The position numbers and the translations under genes are program-made. The notes under the pieces are model-generated. The model was given only the letters and a program-made list of their open reading frames with translations. It did no database searches and was not told the origin of the DNA. A DNA stretch of 64,000 nucleotides from an uncultured Christiangramia sp. (lineage in GTDB: Bacteria > Bacteroidota > Bacteroidia > Flavobacteriales > Flavobacteriaceae). Positions 1 to 9,675 of the stretch are shown in pieces (positions within the stretch are counted from its first letter, which is position 1; each line of letters starts with the position of its first letter). The stretch covers positions 2,965 through 66,964 of the forward strand of contig CAYWAB010000003.1 of assembly GCA_964456105.1 (NCBI GenBank), in the 5' to 3' direction.

Positions 1-793
1 GATCTACAAGCTCATCGATCCTGGTTGTATCTGCCAGAGGTGTGAAATTATAACCGAAAAAACCGTTATTTTCCGGATCAACATTGGCCGACTCCGGTAC
101 CAAACCTTCCAGGAATCCGTCAATATGATCTATGGATGCATAACCGCTATTTAAAGCATGCCTGATCCCTACCTGCACGGGAACATGGCCGGCAAATTCG
201 ATACCGACTTCCCTAGCAGTTTTCGCCAATTCATCAAAACTGCTGCGATCGATGCCGGGATGTATCTTTAGAAAATCATAACCAGCTTTTTTATATTCTT
301 TTACTTTTGTTCTGGCAATTTCGGGATTGGGAATAGAATTACCATTGAGTGAAGGACTGGAAGTGAAAATTCTTGGACCCAAAACAGTTCCCTTTTCTGT
401 TTTGTCCCTGAGTTGAAGATGGTAAGGATGGCCAAGCATTCCCCTAATGGTAGTAATGCCATTGGCGAGGTAAAGAAAGAGGACATCATTTATTCGTTCT
501 TCAGATACCGGTGGCTGCGGAATATGGGCATGCATTTCGGCCAGGCCAGGCATCAGGTATTTATCGGAAGCATCTATCTTTATATCGAAGTTACCAGGAT
601 CGTCATTGCTTCCGGTAATGCTTTTGATCTTTCCATTCTCAATAACGACATTCCTGTTCCTTATGATCTCTCCTTTTTCTACATCCACAATATTTACGTT
701 GGAGAATAAGATCTGATCCTGAGCTATTTCATTGTTGGAGTTATCTGCTCCGCAATTGAGGAACAGGAAGAACAGCATTAGTTTTTTTATCAT
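1..793 (-). CDS. Amidohydrolase family protein, runs off left edge
   Basis: Own translation from ATG at 793: MIKKLMLFFLFLNCG...YLMPGLAEMHAH...LANGITTIRGMLG...FAGHVP...SIDHIDG. It has the HxH metal motif and a signal peptide. Not in the ORF track. Confidence 0.9.
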   Translation of the reverse strand, partial: MIKKLMLFFLFLNCGADNSNNEIAQDQILFSNVNIVDVEKGEIIRNRNVVIENGKIKSITGSNDDPGNFDIKIDASDKYLMPGLAEMHAHIPQPPVSEERINDVLFLYLANGITTIRGMLGHPYHLQLRDKTEKGTVLGPRIFTSSPSLNGNSIPNPEIARTKVKEYKKAGYDFLKIHPGIDRSSFDELAKTAREVGIEFAGHVPVQVGIRHALNSGYASIDHIDGFLEGLVPESANVDPENNGFFGYNFTPLADTTRIDELVD

Positions 794-880
794 GTGGAGA
801 GGTTTAATAATTATATGTATATCAAGCCATTTAAATTTAAGGAATGATTTCAAATAAGTGCTTAGTAAACCTCATAAAAA

Positions 881-910
881 AGAAAAGCCACTCGACGGAG
901 TGGCTTTTCT
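881..910 (-). terminator. Rho-independent terminator of the fasciclin gene
   Basis: Perfect 13-bp stem AGAAAAGCCACTC-GACG-GAGTGGCTTTTCT with a U-run on the minus strand. Confidence 0.85.
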
Positions 911-938
911 AATCATCATAATCTCAAATAAACATCAA

Positions 939-1553
939 TTATTCAGCGGGTATCAATACAGCATCAATTACATGAATTGCTCCGTTTGATGCAGGAATAT
1001 CAAATAATTCGGCTTCTACTAAAATAGAAGAGTTTGGATCCGTATCTCCATCATTAGTATCTATTTCACCAACTGAATTAACATAGATCATTCCTCCATT
1101 CAACATTTCTATTTCTTTCGGATTCTTTTTTCCAAGAACACTGTTGCTAAATCTTCTTCCTTCAGTTACGTGATATAGTAAAACATTTGCTACAGCCTCT
1201 TTAGGAAGAGTATATAAATTACTAGCATCTCCACCTAGTAGCTCTAAAAAAGCGGCATCCGTAGGAGCAAAAACTGTATAATTATCTTCACCGGTAAAAG
1301 CTCCAGTAAGTTCTGCGTATTCTAAGGCCGCAAGTAATAATGTAAATTGAGGATTTTCTGCTTCTGTATAATCTACTACAATTTCTGCGATGGTTTGATC
1401 ACCCTGTTGGGCTGCAGGTGAAGCGTTAGCACTTGCATCAACTACATTAAGATCCTCAGATACCGAATCTTGTTCACATGATGCTAGAATAAAGACAAAG
1501 GCTAGAAGAAATGTCTTCAAGAAATTTGTTTGGGTAAATATTGAACTTTTCAT
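939..1553 (-). CDS. Fasciclin (FAS1) domain lipoprotein
   Basis: Lipobox LASC, plus YTVFAPTDAAF, LLYHV and NGAIHVIDAVL FAS1 motifs. Confidence 0.92.
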   Translation of the reverse strand: MKSSIFTQTNFLKTFLLAFVFILASCEQDSVSEDLNVVDASANASPAAQQGDQTIAEIVVDYTEAENPQFTLLLAALEYAELTGAFTGEDNYTVFAPTDAAFLELLGGDASNLYTLPKEAVANVLLYHVTEGRRFSNSVLGKKNPKEIEMLNGGMIYVNSVGEIDTNDGDTDPNSSILVEAELFDIPASNGAIHVIDAVLIPAE

Positions 1554-1598
1554 AATAATAAGGTTTTGATTATGAGGTAAATATAATTAATAACCTTA

Positions 1599-1632
1599 TT
1601 TGTTTAATAAAATTAACTAAACTTTAAACAAA
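1599..1632. promoter_or_regulatory. Inverted repeat TTTGTTTAA-N16-TTAAACAAA, candidate repressor site
   Basis: 9-bp inverted repeat just upstream of the minus-strand -7-like box (TATATTTA, 1585-1578) of the fasciclin gene. Confidence 0.4.
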
Positions 1633-1671
1633 AATTATAAACTCTTTTCAGTAATGTGATTAGTAACAATT

Positions 1672-1746
1672 AAAAAACTGTCTCGAAACTGCGATCAGGC
1701 TTGATGAAAATTTCATCATTTACCGTTTATCAGCTTCGGGACAGTT
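1672..1746 (-). terminator. Long nested hairpin or terminator after the VPS10/BNR gene
   Basis: Outer stem AACTGTCTCGAA...TTCGGGACAGTT, inner TGATGAAA-A-TTTCATCA, U-run on the minus strand. Confidence 0.6.
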
Positions 1747-1762
1747 AAATTTTTTGTTGTTT

Positions 1763-4700
1763 CTATTTAATCTTTATAGCTCCGATTCCAGCATCCCATA
1801 ATTCTTTATTATATTGGGGGATTTCCTGCTCTATAAGAGTTTCAGCTGTAGCTTTTAATTTTTGCCATTGCTGGTCGAGTTCCTGTTTTCTTTCGACATT
1901 GGCCTTATTGATCCTTGGAATACTACTGTAGGTCTGATCGATTAAGAATAGGTATTCTGCAGTGAACTTATTCTCAAAGTTCTCCACATCATCATAGGCC
2001 TGTGATCTTCTTTGCACCATAGTCTCATCCCAGGTCGTCATTTTTTCAAGTAGCTCCTTTCCCCGCTGGATCAAACCATCATCCTTATCCTGCTCCTCTA
2101 AAAGGCTCAATACTTCTTTAAGTTGCTCCTGCGCATCCTTCAATTTTCTGATCTTTAGATGCATATCGGTCACTTTTCCGGAAGCGTCTTTCATAAATTC
2201 ATCGTACTCTCTGAATTCTTCTTCAGAAACCTCAAAGAGAGGGTTTGGAAGGATCTCGGCAATAGTGGTAGCATTAGCTTCCGGGGTTATCAATTCTAGA
2301 GTATATTTTCCCGGAGGAACCTTTCCGGAACGAAATCCGGACTCCATATAAACACCCTCGATCCCTGGGATAAAATCATATTCCATATTCCAGACGAAAC
2401 GGTTTAACCCTTTTTTCTTATCCAGGACAGGCTGTGCAGGTGGACCGCCTCCATCAAAAATCAGATCCTTTGGATCTGCTTCAGAAGAAAAGGTCCTAAT
2501 CTTTTCTCCCGACTCGTTTCTGATGGCGAGCCTGATCTCGTCTGTATTTTTAAGTTCAGGAAGTTCATAATAGATCACTACACCATTGGCAGGATTTACT
2601 CCCTCATAAGTGTTTGTGCCATCTCCGTCATTAGTGTTCATTTCACTGCTCCATGAGCCGAAAACGGATTCTTCAGGCTTATATAGTTTTAGACCGCTTT
2701 TAAAATTATCAAACTGCCTTATGGCTTCAAGATCGTCGAGGATCCATATGGAGCGGCCTGAGGTGGCCACCACCAGGTCATTATTTTGAACTTTCAGATC
2801 CAGGATGGGAGTAGTGGGCAGGTTCCTTTGAAATTTCTGCCAGGTGTTACCATCGTTAAATGAAATATAAATACCTTTTTCAGTTCCTGTATAAAGTAGT
2901 CCCTTTCTTTCCGGATCTTCTCTAACTACCCTTGTATATGAACCATAGGGTATCCCTTCTGATATGTTCTTCCAAGATTTTCCATAATCTGAAGACCGGT
3001 AGATCGCAGGAGTATAATCATGGAACTTATATTTTGTCGTTGCGATATAAACGGTTCCCGGATCATGCGGGGAGACGTCGATAGCATTCACCAATGATTC
3101 TCCGAGTCCTTTTGGTGTAACATTGGTCCAGTTATTTCCGCCGTCCCTGGTTATATAAACCTGCCCATCATCACTTCCTGAGTAAAAAACTCCTGTTTCA
3201 TGAGGAGACTCGATTAAATAAGAAATGGTTCCGTAGTTTTCGGCTCCTACCGCTTCATTGGTATAAGGCCCCCCACCTTTTCCCTGTTTTTCATCGATGT
3301 TCCTGGTTAGGTCCGGTGAAACCTCTGTCCAGGTAACTCCCATATCTTCGGTTTTAAGTACTTTCTGTGCTGCATGGTAAAAAGTTCCGGGCTCATGCTG
3401 TGACCAGATGATAGGGGCATTCCAGTTAAAGAGATATTTCATGTCCCTGGCCTCTTTTCCTAAATACTGAATTGGCGCAGCCATGACATTGGTACTGGCC
3501 TGGGCTTCTGTATCCAGAACTTCTATAGTACCCAAATAACTACCGCCCATCACATACCTGGGATCGTCTGGATTGAATGCGAGAAATGCGCTTTCTCCAC
3601 CGGCGGAGGCTGTCCAATTCCTTTCAGAAATTCCCGAACCACTTAAAGACTGATTGGCGATCTTAATGGAGGTATTATCCTGCTGGCCCCCGTAAATGTT
3701 ATAAGGATAAAGATTATCGGTATTCAACCTGTAGATCTGGGCAGTAGGCATTATATCCTGTGAAGACCATGTTTTTCCATTGTTAAAGGAAATCGCAGCT
3801 CCACCATCATTGGCGATCACCATATTGGAAGAATCGTCCGGATTTATCCATAGATCATGAAAATCACCGTGGGTCCCGCTTAGCGTTTCCCATGTTTTTC
3901 CACCATCGATAGATCGTAATGCTGGTGCACTTAAAACGTAGACTACTTCCTCATTATTTGGATCTGGAAATACTTCAGTATAATACCAGGCACGCTGGGT
4001 TAACCTATTATCTCCACTTACCTGTGACCAGGATTTCCCGGAGTTGTTAGAAACATACAATCCACTTTTATCGGTATAGGAATCACTTTCTATTAAGGCA
4101 TATACCTTTTCTGGATTAGCCCTGCTTACCGCAATTGCCATCTTACCCATTTTTTCTGGAAGGCCCTGATCCATCTTTGTCCAGGTTTCTCCTGAATCCA
4201 CAGATTTATAAAGTCCGCTTCCTTCTCCACCACTAATAATCTTCCAGGGTGTTCTTTGGTGGTGCCACATCGCGGCATAAAGGACATTTGGGTTATGGTG
4301 ATCTATAGAAAGTTCAGCAGCTCCCGTTAGATTGTTTACGTACAGTACTTTTTTCCAGGTGTCGCCGCCATCGGTGCTCTTATAAACTCCTCTTTCTTCG
4401 GTTGCTCCTGTATAGGCTCCCTGAGCGGCAACATACACAATATCCGGGTTTTTAGGATGTATTATAATCCTGGAGATCTGCTCTGTTGGTTCAAGACCTT
4501 TATGAGACCACGTCTTTCCGGCATCTGTAGATTTATACACTCCATCTCCATAACTTGACATTACTCCTCTTATGGCATGTTCACCCATTCCGGCATAAAC
4601 CACCTGCGGATTGGATTCGGAAACCGCTACTGCTCCAACGGAGCCTGTATTAAAATAACCATCTGAAATATTGTGCCAGCTCGTACCGGCATCTTCGGTT

Positions 4701-4897
4701 TTCCAAACTCCACCACCGGTTATGCCCATATAATAGGTAAGTGGATCGCCAATCACTCCGCTGGCGGTAACTGAACGGCCTCCTCTGAATGGACCTATTA
4801 ACCTGTATTTTAGGGGATCAAAATAGTTATCGGCTTCCTGACCTATCACTGATATAAAACATAACAGGGATACAAGGATTGATGAAAAGCGTCTCAT
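1763..4897 (-). CDS. Secreted VPS10/sortilin-like BNR (Asp-box) repeat beta-propeller protein
   Basis: Signal peptide, IGPFRGGRS motif and many S/TxDxGxTW Asp-box repeats. Confidence 0.9.
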   Translation of the reverse strand: MRRFSSILVSLLCFISVIGQEADNYFDPLKYRLIGPFRGGRSVTASGVIGDPLTYYMGITGGGVWKTEDAGTSWHNISDGYFNTGSVGAVAVSESNPQVVYAGMGEHAIRGVMSSYGDGVYKSTDAGKTWSHKGLEPTEQISRIIIHPKNPDIVYVAAQGAYTGATEERGVYKSTDGGDTWKKVLYVNNLTGAAELSIDHHNPNVLYAAMWHHQRTPWKIISGGEGSGLYKSVDSGETWTKMDQGLPEKMGKMAIAVSRANPEKVYALIESDSYTDKSGLYVSNNSGKSWSQVSGDNRLTQRAWYYTEVFPDPNNEEVVYVLSAPALRSIDGGKTWETLSGTHGDFHDLWINPDDSSNMVIANDGGAAISFNNGKTWSSQDIMPTAQIYRLNTDNLYPYNIYGGQQDNTSIKIANQSLSGSGISERNWTASAGGESAFLAFNPDDPRYVMGGSYLGTIEVLDTEAQASTNVMAAPIQYLGKEARDMKYLFNWNAPIIWSQHEPGTFYHAAQKVLKTEDMGVTWTEVSPDLTRNIDEKQGKGGGPYTNEAVGAENYGTISYLIESPHETGVFYSGSDDGQVYITRDGGNNWTNVTPKGLGESLVNAIDVSPHDPGTVYIATTKYKFHDYTPAIYRSSDYGKSWKNISEGIPYGSYTRVVREDPERKGLLYTGTEKGIYISFNDGNTWQKFQRNLPTTPILDLKVQNNDLVVATSGRSIWILDDLEAIRQFDNFKSGLKLYKPEESVFGSWSSEMNTNDGDGTNTYEGVNPANGVVIYYELPELKNTDEIRLAIRNESGEKIRTFSSEADPKDLIFDGGGPPAQPVLDKKKGLNRFVWNMEYDFIPGIEGVYMESGFRSGKVPPGKYTLELITPEANATTIAEILPNPLFEVSEEEFREYDEFMKDASGKVTDMHLKIRKLKDAQEQLKEVLSLLEEQDKDDGLIQRGKELLEKMTTWDETMVQRRSQAYDDVENFENKFTAEYLFLIDQTYSSIPRINKANVERKQELDQQWQKLKATAETLIEQEIPQYNKELWDAGIGAIKIK

Positions 4898-5072
4898 GAA
4901 GTATTGGTTAAAATTAGTTCGGTATAAATATAATACTGACTTTTTTAAAGTAGGCCGGTTTTTTCAGGTGATTTTTTTACTATTTCCCTAATTTGAAGTC
5001 TTCAATTGTTTATTTAACAGGGAATTAAGGGGAGGAACCGCAATATTGATGTAGATTATTAAAAACAATGAT

Positions 5073-5165
5073 ATGGAGAACCTTGAATTAATTGGCGGAA
5101 TAATAATAGTCCTGGTTACCCTCTTTTTCGTTTATATTCTGATACAATATAAAAAGCGAAAATAA
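5073..5165 (+). CDS. Small single-TM protein (30 aa), not in ORF track
   Basis: MENLELIGGIIIVLVTLFFVYILIQYKKRK*: hydrophobic helix with a basic tail and an A-rich leader. Confidence 0.6.
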   Translation: MENLELIGGIIIVLVTLFFVYILIQYKKRK

Positions 5166-5182
5166 ATTAGCCAGTCGTGACC

Positions 5183-5377
5183 TTATTTTTCCGGAATGAA
5201 TATTTCTTCAATAGATCTTTCAAAGAGATCTGCGATCCTGAATGCCAGGGGTAAGCTTGGGTCAAACTTTCCTTTTTCGATCGCGTTTACAGTCTGTCTG
5301 GAGACCTCGAGCTTTTCCGCGAGCTGTGCCTGAGTAAGATCATTTTCAGCCCTGAGGATTTTTATCCTGTTCTTCAT
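5183..5377 (-). CDS. XRE-family HTH transcriptional regulator
   Basis: LTQAQLAEKLEVSRQTVNAIEKGKFDPSL. Confidence 0.95.
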   Translation of the reverse strand: MKNRIKILRAENDLTQAQLAEKLEVSRQTVNAIEKGKFDPSLPLAFRIADLFERSIEEIFIPEK

Positions 5378-5787
5378 TTATACCTGATTGTTCCAATTAT
5401 CGTTCCCGTTAAATAAGTAAGTCCTATTAGAATCACGAGATGTGAGATCTCGGCATCATAGTTTATTAAGTTCACCACATCCAGCATAGAATAACTTAGT
5501 CCGGCTACCACGGCGATCCCAAGAGTGAATGCCATCGACTCCAGCTGGATCTTTCGTTGCATTTCGTCCAGACCATCAAGATGTCTTTTATTCGCCAATA
5601 TCATTCCTATTCCTATTGAAAAATTGATTATGATGGCTAACAAACTAATTGTTGGATCATTGTCCCAGATGAATTTGGGACCGAAGGCCACTATTGCCAT
5701 TGTGATTACCCATGCGGCTGTCCATTTAGCAAGGTTAAGGGTATTCCTTTTGTTTTTTTCCTTGAAGTTGAAATTCGTTCTTTCCAT
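5374..5787 (-). CDS. 4-TM membrane protein coupled to the XRE regulator
   Basis: Four hydrophobic segments, DEMQRKIQLE motif, 4-bp overlap with the XRE start. Confidence 0.85.
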   Translation of the reverse strand: MERTNFNFKEKNKRNTLNLAKWTAAWVITMAIVAFGPKFIWDNDPTISLLAIIINFSIGIGMILANKRHLDGLDEMQRKIQLESMAFTLGIAVVAGLSYSMLDVVNLINYDAEISHLVILIGLTYLTGTIIGTIRYK

Positions 5788-5792
5788 TTTTA

Positions 5793-5873
5793 TGTCAAGT
5801 TTATTTTACACAAAAGTATATAATTATTTAAAACAGGAAGGTTTATTTTACAAAAAGTTAAGTAAACTTTACA
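5793..5873. promoter_or_regulatory. Three XRE-type operators (~TGTNAAG-N4-YTTTACA)
   Basis: TGTCAAGTTTATTTTACA 5793-5810, AGGAAGGTTTATTTTACA 5835-5852, AGTTAAGTAAACTTTACA 5856-5873. Confidence 0.65.
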
Positions 5874-5969
5874 TTTATATTCTATAAATGGTTCCTGGTA
5901 AAATGGAATTATCCTTTAAAAGGTCCATTTTAATACTACCCAAAATTGATAAATGGAGTGGATAAACAA

Positions 5970-6770
5970 TTAAGAGATAAGGCCTGCCATCATGCTTTCG
6001 GCAACGAGTTCGGCAGTATTTTTAAGATTAGATTTTTTCAGGATATTTCTTCGATGTGTCCTTATGGTGTGTTCCGAGACGTTTAGAAGATCTGATATTT
6101 GCTTGGTGCTATGGCCTTTGGCTAACAGTTCAACGATCTGCTTTTCCCTTTCAGTGAGCGCTTCAAAAATGTTAGAGGGTCTGTTACTTGCCGCAAGTTC
6201 ATCGAAAACACCTTTTTCTGAATTCACATTGAAATAGGAGGTATTCCCCTCAAGATTGATAAAAGAAACATTTTTAGTGCTTTTAAGACTAAGGTGGGAG
6301 ATGTCGGTATGTATGGAAAGTACATGTTGCAATGCACCGTTATTAGACACAGAGAGCGGAGTTGCCTGGTGAAGCATTGTCCTGTTCTTTCCTTTATAAT
6401 CTTTCATCTGGTAAGAATATACCAGTTTGTATGACAAGCCTTTACCTTTCTCAAGGAATCTGTTAAAGAAATCCTTGATCACCTTTTCTTTATTTTCGAT
6501 ATCCGTTATTTCCTCATCGATTACTGTATTCAGTAAATGATTAATGGTGACCTTTTTTCTGGATATTCCTACGAAATCTTCCACAGAGGCAGAAACATAA
6601 TCCAATTGGATATTGAAAAGGTTTAGTACATAGAAATAAGAAACTCCTGGAGAGAAAAGAGCAGCCATTCTTTTAAATTGTTCGGAAACTTCAAAAGCCT
6701 GATATTTTTCTATTTGTGAAGAATATTCCTCATGCCATATCTTAGAAATCCGTGCTATCCCTTTCTCCAT
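5970..6770 (-). CDS. PAS-fold plus LuxR HTH transcriptional regulator
   Basis: C-terminal LTEREKQIVELLAKGHSTKQISDLLNVSEHTIRTHRRNI and an N-terminal PAS-like region. Confidence 0.9.
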   Translation of the reverse strand: MEKGIARISKIWHEEYSSQIEKYQAFEVSEQFKRMAALFSPGVSYFYVLNLFNIQLDYVSASVEDFVGISRKKVTINHLLNTVIDEEITDIENKEKVIKDFFNRFLEKGKGLSYKLVYSYQMKDYKGKNRTMLHQATPLSVSNNGALQHVLSIHTDISHLSLKSTKNVSFINLEGNTSYFNVNSEKGVFDELAASNRPSNIFEALTEREKQIVELLAKGHSTKQISDLLNVSEHTIRTHRRNILKKSNLKNTAELVAESMMAGLIS

Positions 6771-6872
6771 ATCAAATCTGTTGCACTAACGAAGATATAT
6801 ATTTAACCGTTAGAAATCAACACTTGTTCACTTTATCTGGCCTATTGATTTTTAGTAAGTGAAAGTTTGATA

Positions 6873-6894
6873 AAATACCTCTTTTAGGGTATTT
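6873..6894. promoter_or_regulatory. LuxR/NarL-type 7-2-7 palindrome
   Basis: AAATACCTCTTTTAGGGTATTT; TACCTCT-TT-TAGGGTA resembles the NarL TACYYMT inverted pair. Confidence 0.55.
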
Positions 6895-6926
6895 CCTATT
6901 CAACTTATAGCTGATAAATTAGCACA

Positions 6927-7063
6927 GTTGGTTGTTGACCTATATTCTGTTCATTTAATGATAGTTCGTGAAATGTAGGGTATCATGGGTTATTAGGAAC
7001 AGATTAACCAACCAATCAATTTTTAAAAAACCTCCCATTGGTCTTATGGGAGGTTTTTTCTTT
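6927..7063 (+). ncRNA. Candidate sRNA or structured leader
   Basis: -7-like TAAATTAG at 6915-6922, ~90-nt rod-like hairpin, then a terminator; no ORF longer than 6 codons on the + strand. Confidence 0.5.
7025..7063 (+). terminator. Rho-independent terminator
   Basis: AAAAAACCTCCCAT-tggtctt-ATGGGAGGTTTTTT followed by cttt. Confidence 0.85.
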
Positions 7064-7136
7064 TATAACTATTTTAGGTTTTTCTTTTCCCGCTTCCCCA
7101 ACTTATTTTCTTAGATTTAAGAGGAAATCGATACTT

Positions 7137-7580
7137 ATGGAGATTGATATCACAAGGTTTTTGATCAATATGGGTGTGGCGGCACTTGCTGGACTGGTAT
7201 TTGGTTTAGAAAGGCAGGCCAAAGATAAACCCGCCGGCTTAAAGACTAATATGCTGGTCGCACTGGGATCGTGTGCCTTTGTGATTGTTTGTACGCAGTT
7301 TAAAGATCTGGTAGGAACCGATATGACAAGGATCGTTGGACAGGTTGTGGTGGGTGTAGGATTTCTCGGGGCAGGGGTTATCCTTCATAAGGAAAATGAA
7401 ACTAGCGTTAGGGGACTGGCTACCGCTGCAACAATCTGGTGTTGCGCCGGGGCGGGTTGTATTGCAGCTTTTGGACTATACCTTCATCTTCTGGTATTCA
7501 CGGCGATGGTGGTAGTTATTAACCTCTTTTTTGGATACCTGAACTCCAGAATAAAGCAACATAAAAAAAATAGCGACTAA
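7137..7580 (+). CDS. MgtC/SapB family membrane protein
   Basis: GLERQ..DKPAGLKT, RIVGQVVVGVGFLGAG and VRGLATAATIW. Start moved to ATG 7137 because the longer ORF crosses the terminator. Confidence 0.92.
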   Translation: MEIDITRFLINMGVAALAGLVFGLERQAKDKPAGLKTNMLVALGSCAFVIVCTQFKDLVGTDMTRIVGQVVVGVGFLGAGVILHKENETSVRGLATAATIWCCAGAGCIAAFGLYLHLLVFTAMVVVINLFFGYLNSRIKQHKKNSD

Positions 7581-8212
7581 TGAACACGGATCATGAGGAA
7601 GATTTTATCGGGCAAAATATCAATATCGATCTACCGGTAAATATACCATATAGGGTAATTGATAAGTTCCTTAAAGAAAAATTGATCGGTGAATTCATAA
7701 AAAAGGAGAACAGTGATGGGAAGATCACCCGTTACGCTCAAATTCTGGGCATCGCTCTGGCTGAAGATACTCAGGGATATGATCTTTCCCTGGATATCCA
7801 GATGCAGACTTTGACCTCTATTTTCAGGAATAAGAAAATAGACCTTGACTTCCTTTTGAATCTTCAACTGGACAGTGAAGAACAGGATATATTTGTTTCA
7901 GATTATAAGGTAGTTGGAAAAACTTCGAACTGGCTGGCAGATAAGTTCATACAAACCCTGCTCAATAATTGGATGTATGGTAAAATGAAAAATCGAATGA
8001 GTTTCGACTTCCGGCCGGTTATCAGGGAACAACTGGAAGATATCAATGATAAGTTGTCTGGAGATATGGAGCCGGCAGAGGGAGTATTCGTTTCAGGAGC
8101 CCTGGACGACCTTGCTATCGTAAAACTTTCATTTAGGGAAAATTCACTTCAATTTCTGGTCAGCCTAAAAGGAAATACAGCACTTACCATTAAAAAGATC
8201 CGGATGAATTAG
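7580..8212 (+). CDS. Conserved hypothetical protein (DUF4403-like)
   Basis: 210-aa ORF overlapping the mgtC stop (TAATG); family assignment from recall only. Confidence 0.65.
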   Translation: MNTDHEEDFIGQNINIDLPVNIPYRVIDKFLKEKLIGEFIKKENSDGKITRYAQILGIALAEDTQGYDLSLDIQMQTLTSIFRNKKIDLDFLLNLQLDSEEQDIFVSDYKVVGKTSNWLADKFIQTLLNNWMYGKMKNRMSFDFRPVIREQLEDINDKLSGDMEPAEGVFVSGALDDLAIVKLSFRENSLQFLVSLKGNTALTIKKIRMN

Positions 8213-8229
8213 ACCGATCTGGTCAAAGC

Positions 8230-8272
8230 TGATTTTCATCATTTTTCTTGAGGAAAGCTAAAGTTACTTTTG
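8230..8272 (+). promoter_or_regulatory. Crp/Fnr-type box plus -7 element of hemN-ric
   Basis: TGATTTTCATCA 8230-8241, 23-nt spacer, TACTTTTG 8265-8272. Confidence 0.75.
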
Positions 8273-8293
8273 AAAATATCTAAAAGTTTAAAA

Positions 8294-9658
8294 GTGACGC
8301 TTAGTTTAGTAGAGAAATATAATGTCCCGGGACCGAGGTATACCAGTTATCCTACTGTGCCTTATTGGGAGGATAATGAATTTTCATTAAAAAAATGGAA
8401 GGAATCGATCCGTAGAAGTTTTGAAGAGAGCAATTCCACCGAGGGTATAAGTCTTTATGTACATCTTCCGTTTTGCGAAAGTCTATGCACTTTTTGTGGT
8501 TGTAATAAAAGAATTACTAAAAATCATAATGTTGAAGTACCCTATCTTCAGGCAGTGATCAGCGAATGGGAGATGTATTGTAATCTTTTTGATCAAAGAC
8601 CTGTAATAAAGGAAATGCATCTTGGTGGAGGTACTCCCACTTTCTTTTCCCCGGAGAACCTAAGTATCCTTTTAGCGGGAATCTTTCGTTTAGCAAGTAA
8701 ATCTCCTAAAATCGAACTCAGCTTTGAGGGTCATCCAAACAACACCACCCGGGAACATCTTAGAACCCTGGCCTCTCTTGGCTTTAACCGGGTGAGTTAT
8801 GGAGTGCAGGATTATAATGAAACCGTCCAGCGAGCTATTCACAGGATCCAGCCCTTTGAAAAAGTTAAAGAGGCTACCCAGAATGCAAGAGAGGAGGGAT
8901 ACACTTCAATAGGTCACGATATCATTTTCGGGCTTCCTTTTCAGAAAAAAGAGCATATCATCCATACAATAAATCGCACCAAAGAGCTAAAGCCGGACAG
9001 GATCGCCTTTTACAGTTATGCTCATGTTCCATGGATAAAAGGGAATGGACAGCGGGGATTCAAAAAAGCTGATCTTCCCTCAGCTCCAGAAAAAAGAGAA
9101 ATGTATGAAACCGGAAAGCGAATGTTACTTGAAGCGGGATATGTCGAGATAGGAATGGACCATTTCGCATTAAAATCGGACAGCCTTTTTAAATCCTTTG
9201 AAAATAAAGAGGTTCATCGCAATTTTATGGGCTATACCGCTTCCAAAACCCAGGCGATGATCGGTCTTGGAGTTAGCGCCATTAGTGATAGCTGGTATGG
9301 CTTTGCCCAGAACGTAAAAGGAGTGGAGGAATATCAAAAACTTATTGGTGATGGCATCTTCCCTGTTTATCGGGGTCATATCCTCAACGAAGAAGACCTA
9401 ATTGTAAGAAAGCATATTCTTAATCTCATGTGCCGATTCGAAACCTCCTGGAAGAAGCCTGAGGAATGTTTTGAGGAATTGCCGGAAGTTTTGCTAAGCC
9501 TGGAAGAAATGGAACGTGACGGACTGATCGAGATAAAGACAGACAGGTTGGTCGTAAATGAAAGCGGAAAAACTTTTGTGCGTAATATCTGTATGGCTTT
9601 CGATATGCGGCTGCAGAGGAATAAGCCGGAAACCCAATTATTTTCAATGACTGTATAA
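8294..9658 (+). CDS. hemN: Oxygen-independent coproporphyrinogen III oxidase
   Basis: GPRYTSYP, radical SAM CESLCTFCGC, HRNFMGYT. GTG 8294 is the likely start because TTG 8270 lies in the -7 box. Confidence 0.96.
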   Translation: MTLSLVEKYNVPGPRYTSYPTVPYWEDNEFSLKKWKESIRRSFEESNSTEGISLYVHLPFCESLCTFCGCNKRITKNHNVEVPYLQAVISEWEMYCNLFDQRPVIKEMHLGGGTPTFFSPENLSILLAGIFRLASKSPKIELSFEGHPNNTTREHLRTLASLGFNRVSYGVQDYNETVQRAIHRIQPFEKVKEATQNAREEGYTSIGHDIIFGLPFQKKEHIIHTINRTKELKPDRIAFYSYAHVPWIKGNGQRGFKKADLPSAPEKREMYETGKRMLLEAGYVEIGMDHFALKSDSLFKSFENKEVHRNFMGYTASKTQAMIGLGVSAISDSWYGFAQNVKGVEEYQKLIGDGIFPVYRGHILNEEDLIVRKHILNLMCRFETSWKKPEECFEELPEVLLSLEEMERDGLIEIKTDRLVVNESGKTFVRNICMAFDMRLQRNKPETQLFSMTV

Positions 9659-9675
9659 TATTTAAAATTCATAAT

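Noticed and set aside
301-709. Short ORFs 301-489 and 413-709
   Set aside because: Both are shadows of the real amidohydrolase on the minus strand (1-793)
1702-1718. TGATGAAAATTTCATCA as another Crp/Fnr box
   Set aside because: Wrong spacer for TGAY-N4-RTCA, and it lies inside a 3' hairpin
6927-7015. Calling the hairpin RNA a 6S RNA or a known riboswitch
   Set aside because: No recognisable central bubble or aptamer consensus by eye; needs an Infernal search
7038-7136. N-terminal extension of MgtC
   Set aside because: It starts with TTG inside the terminator loop; ATG 7137 fits the family
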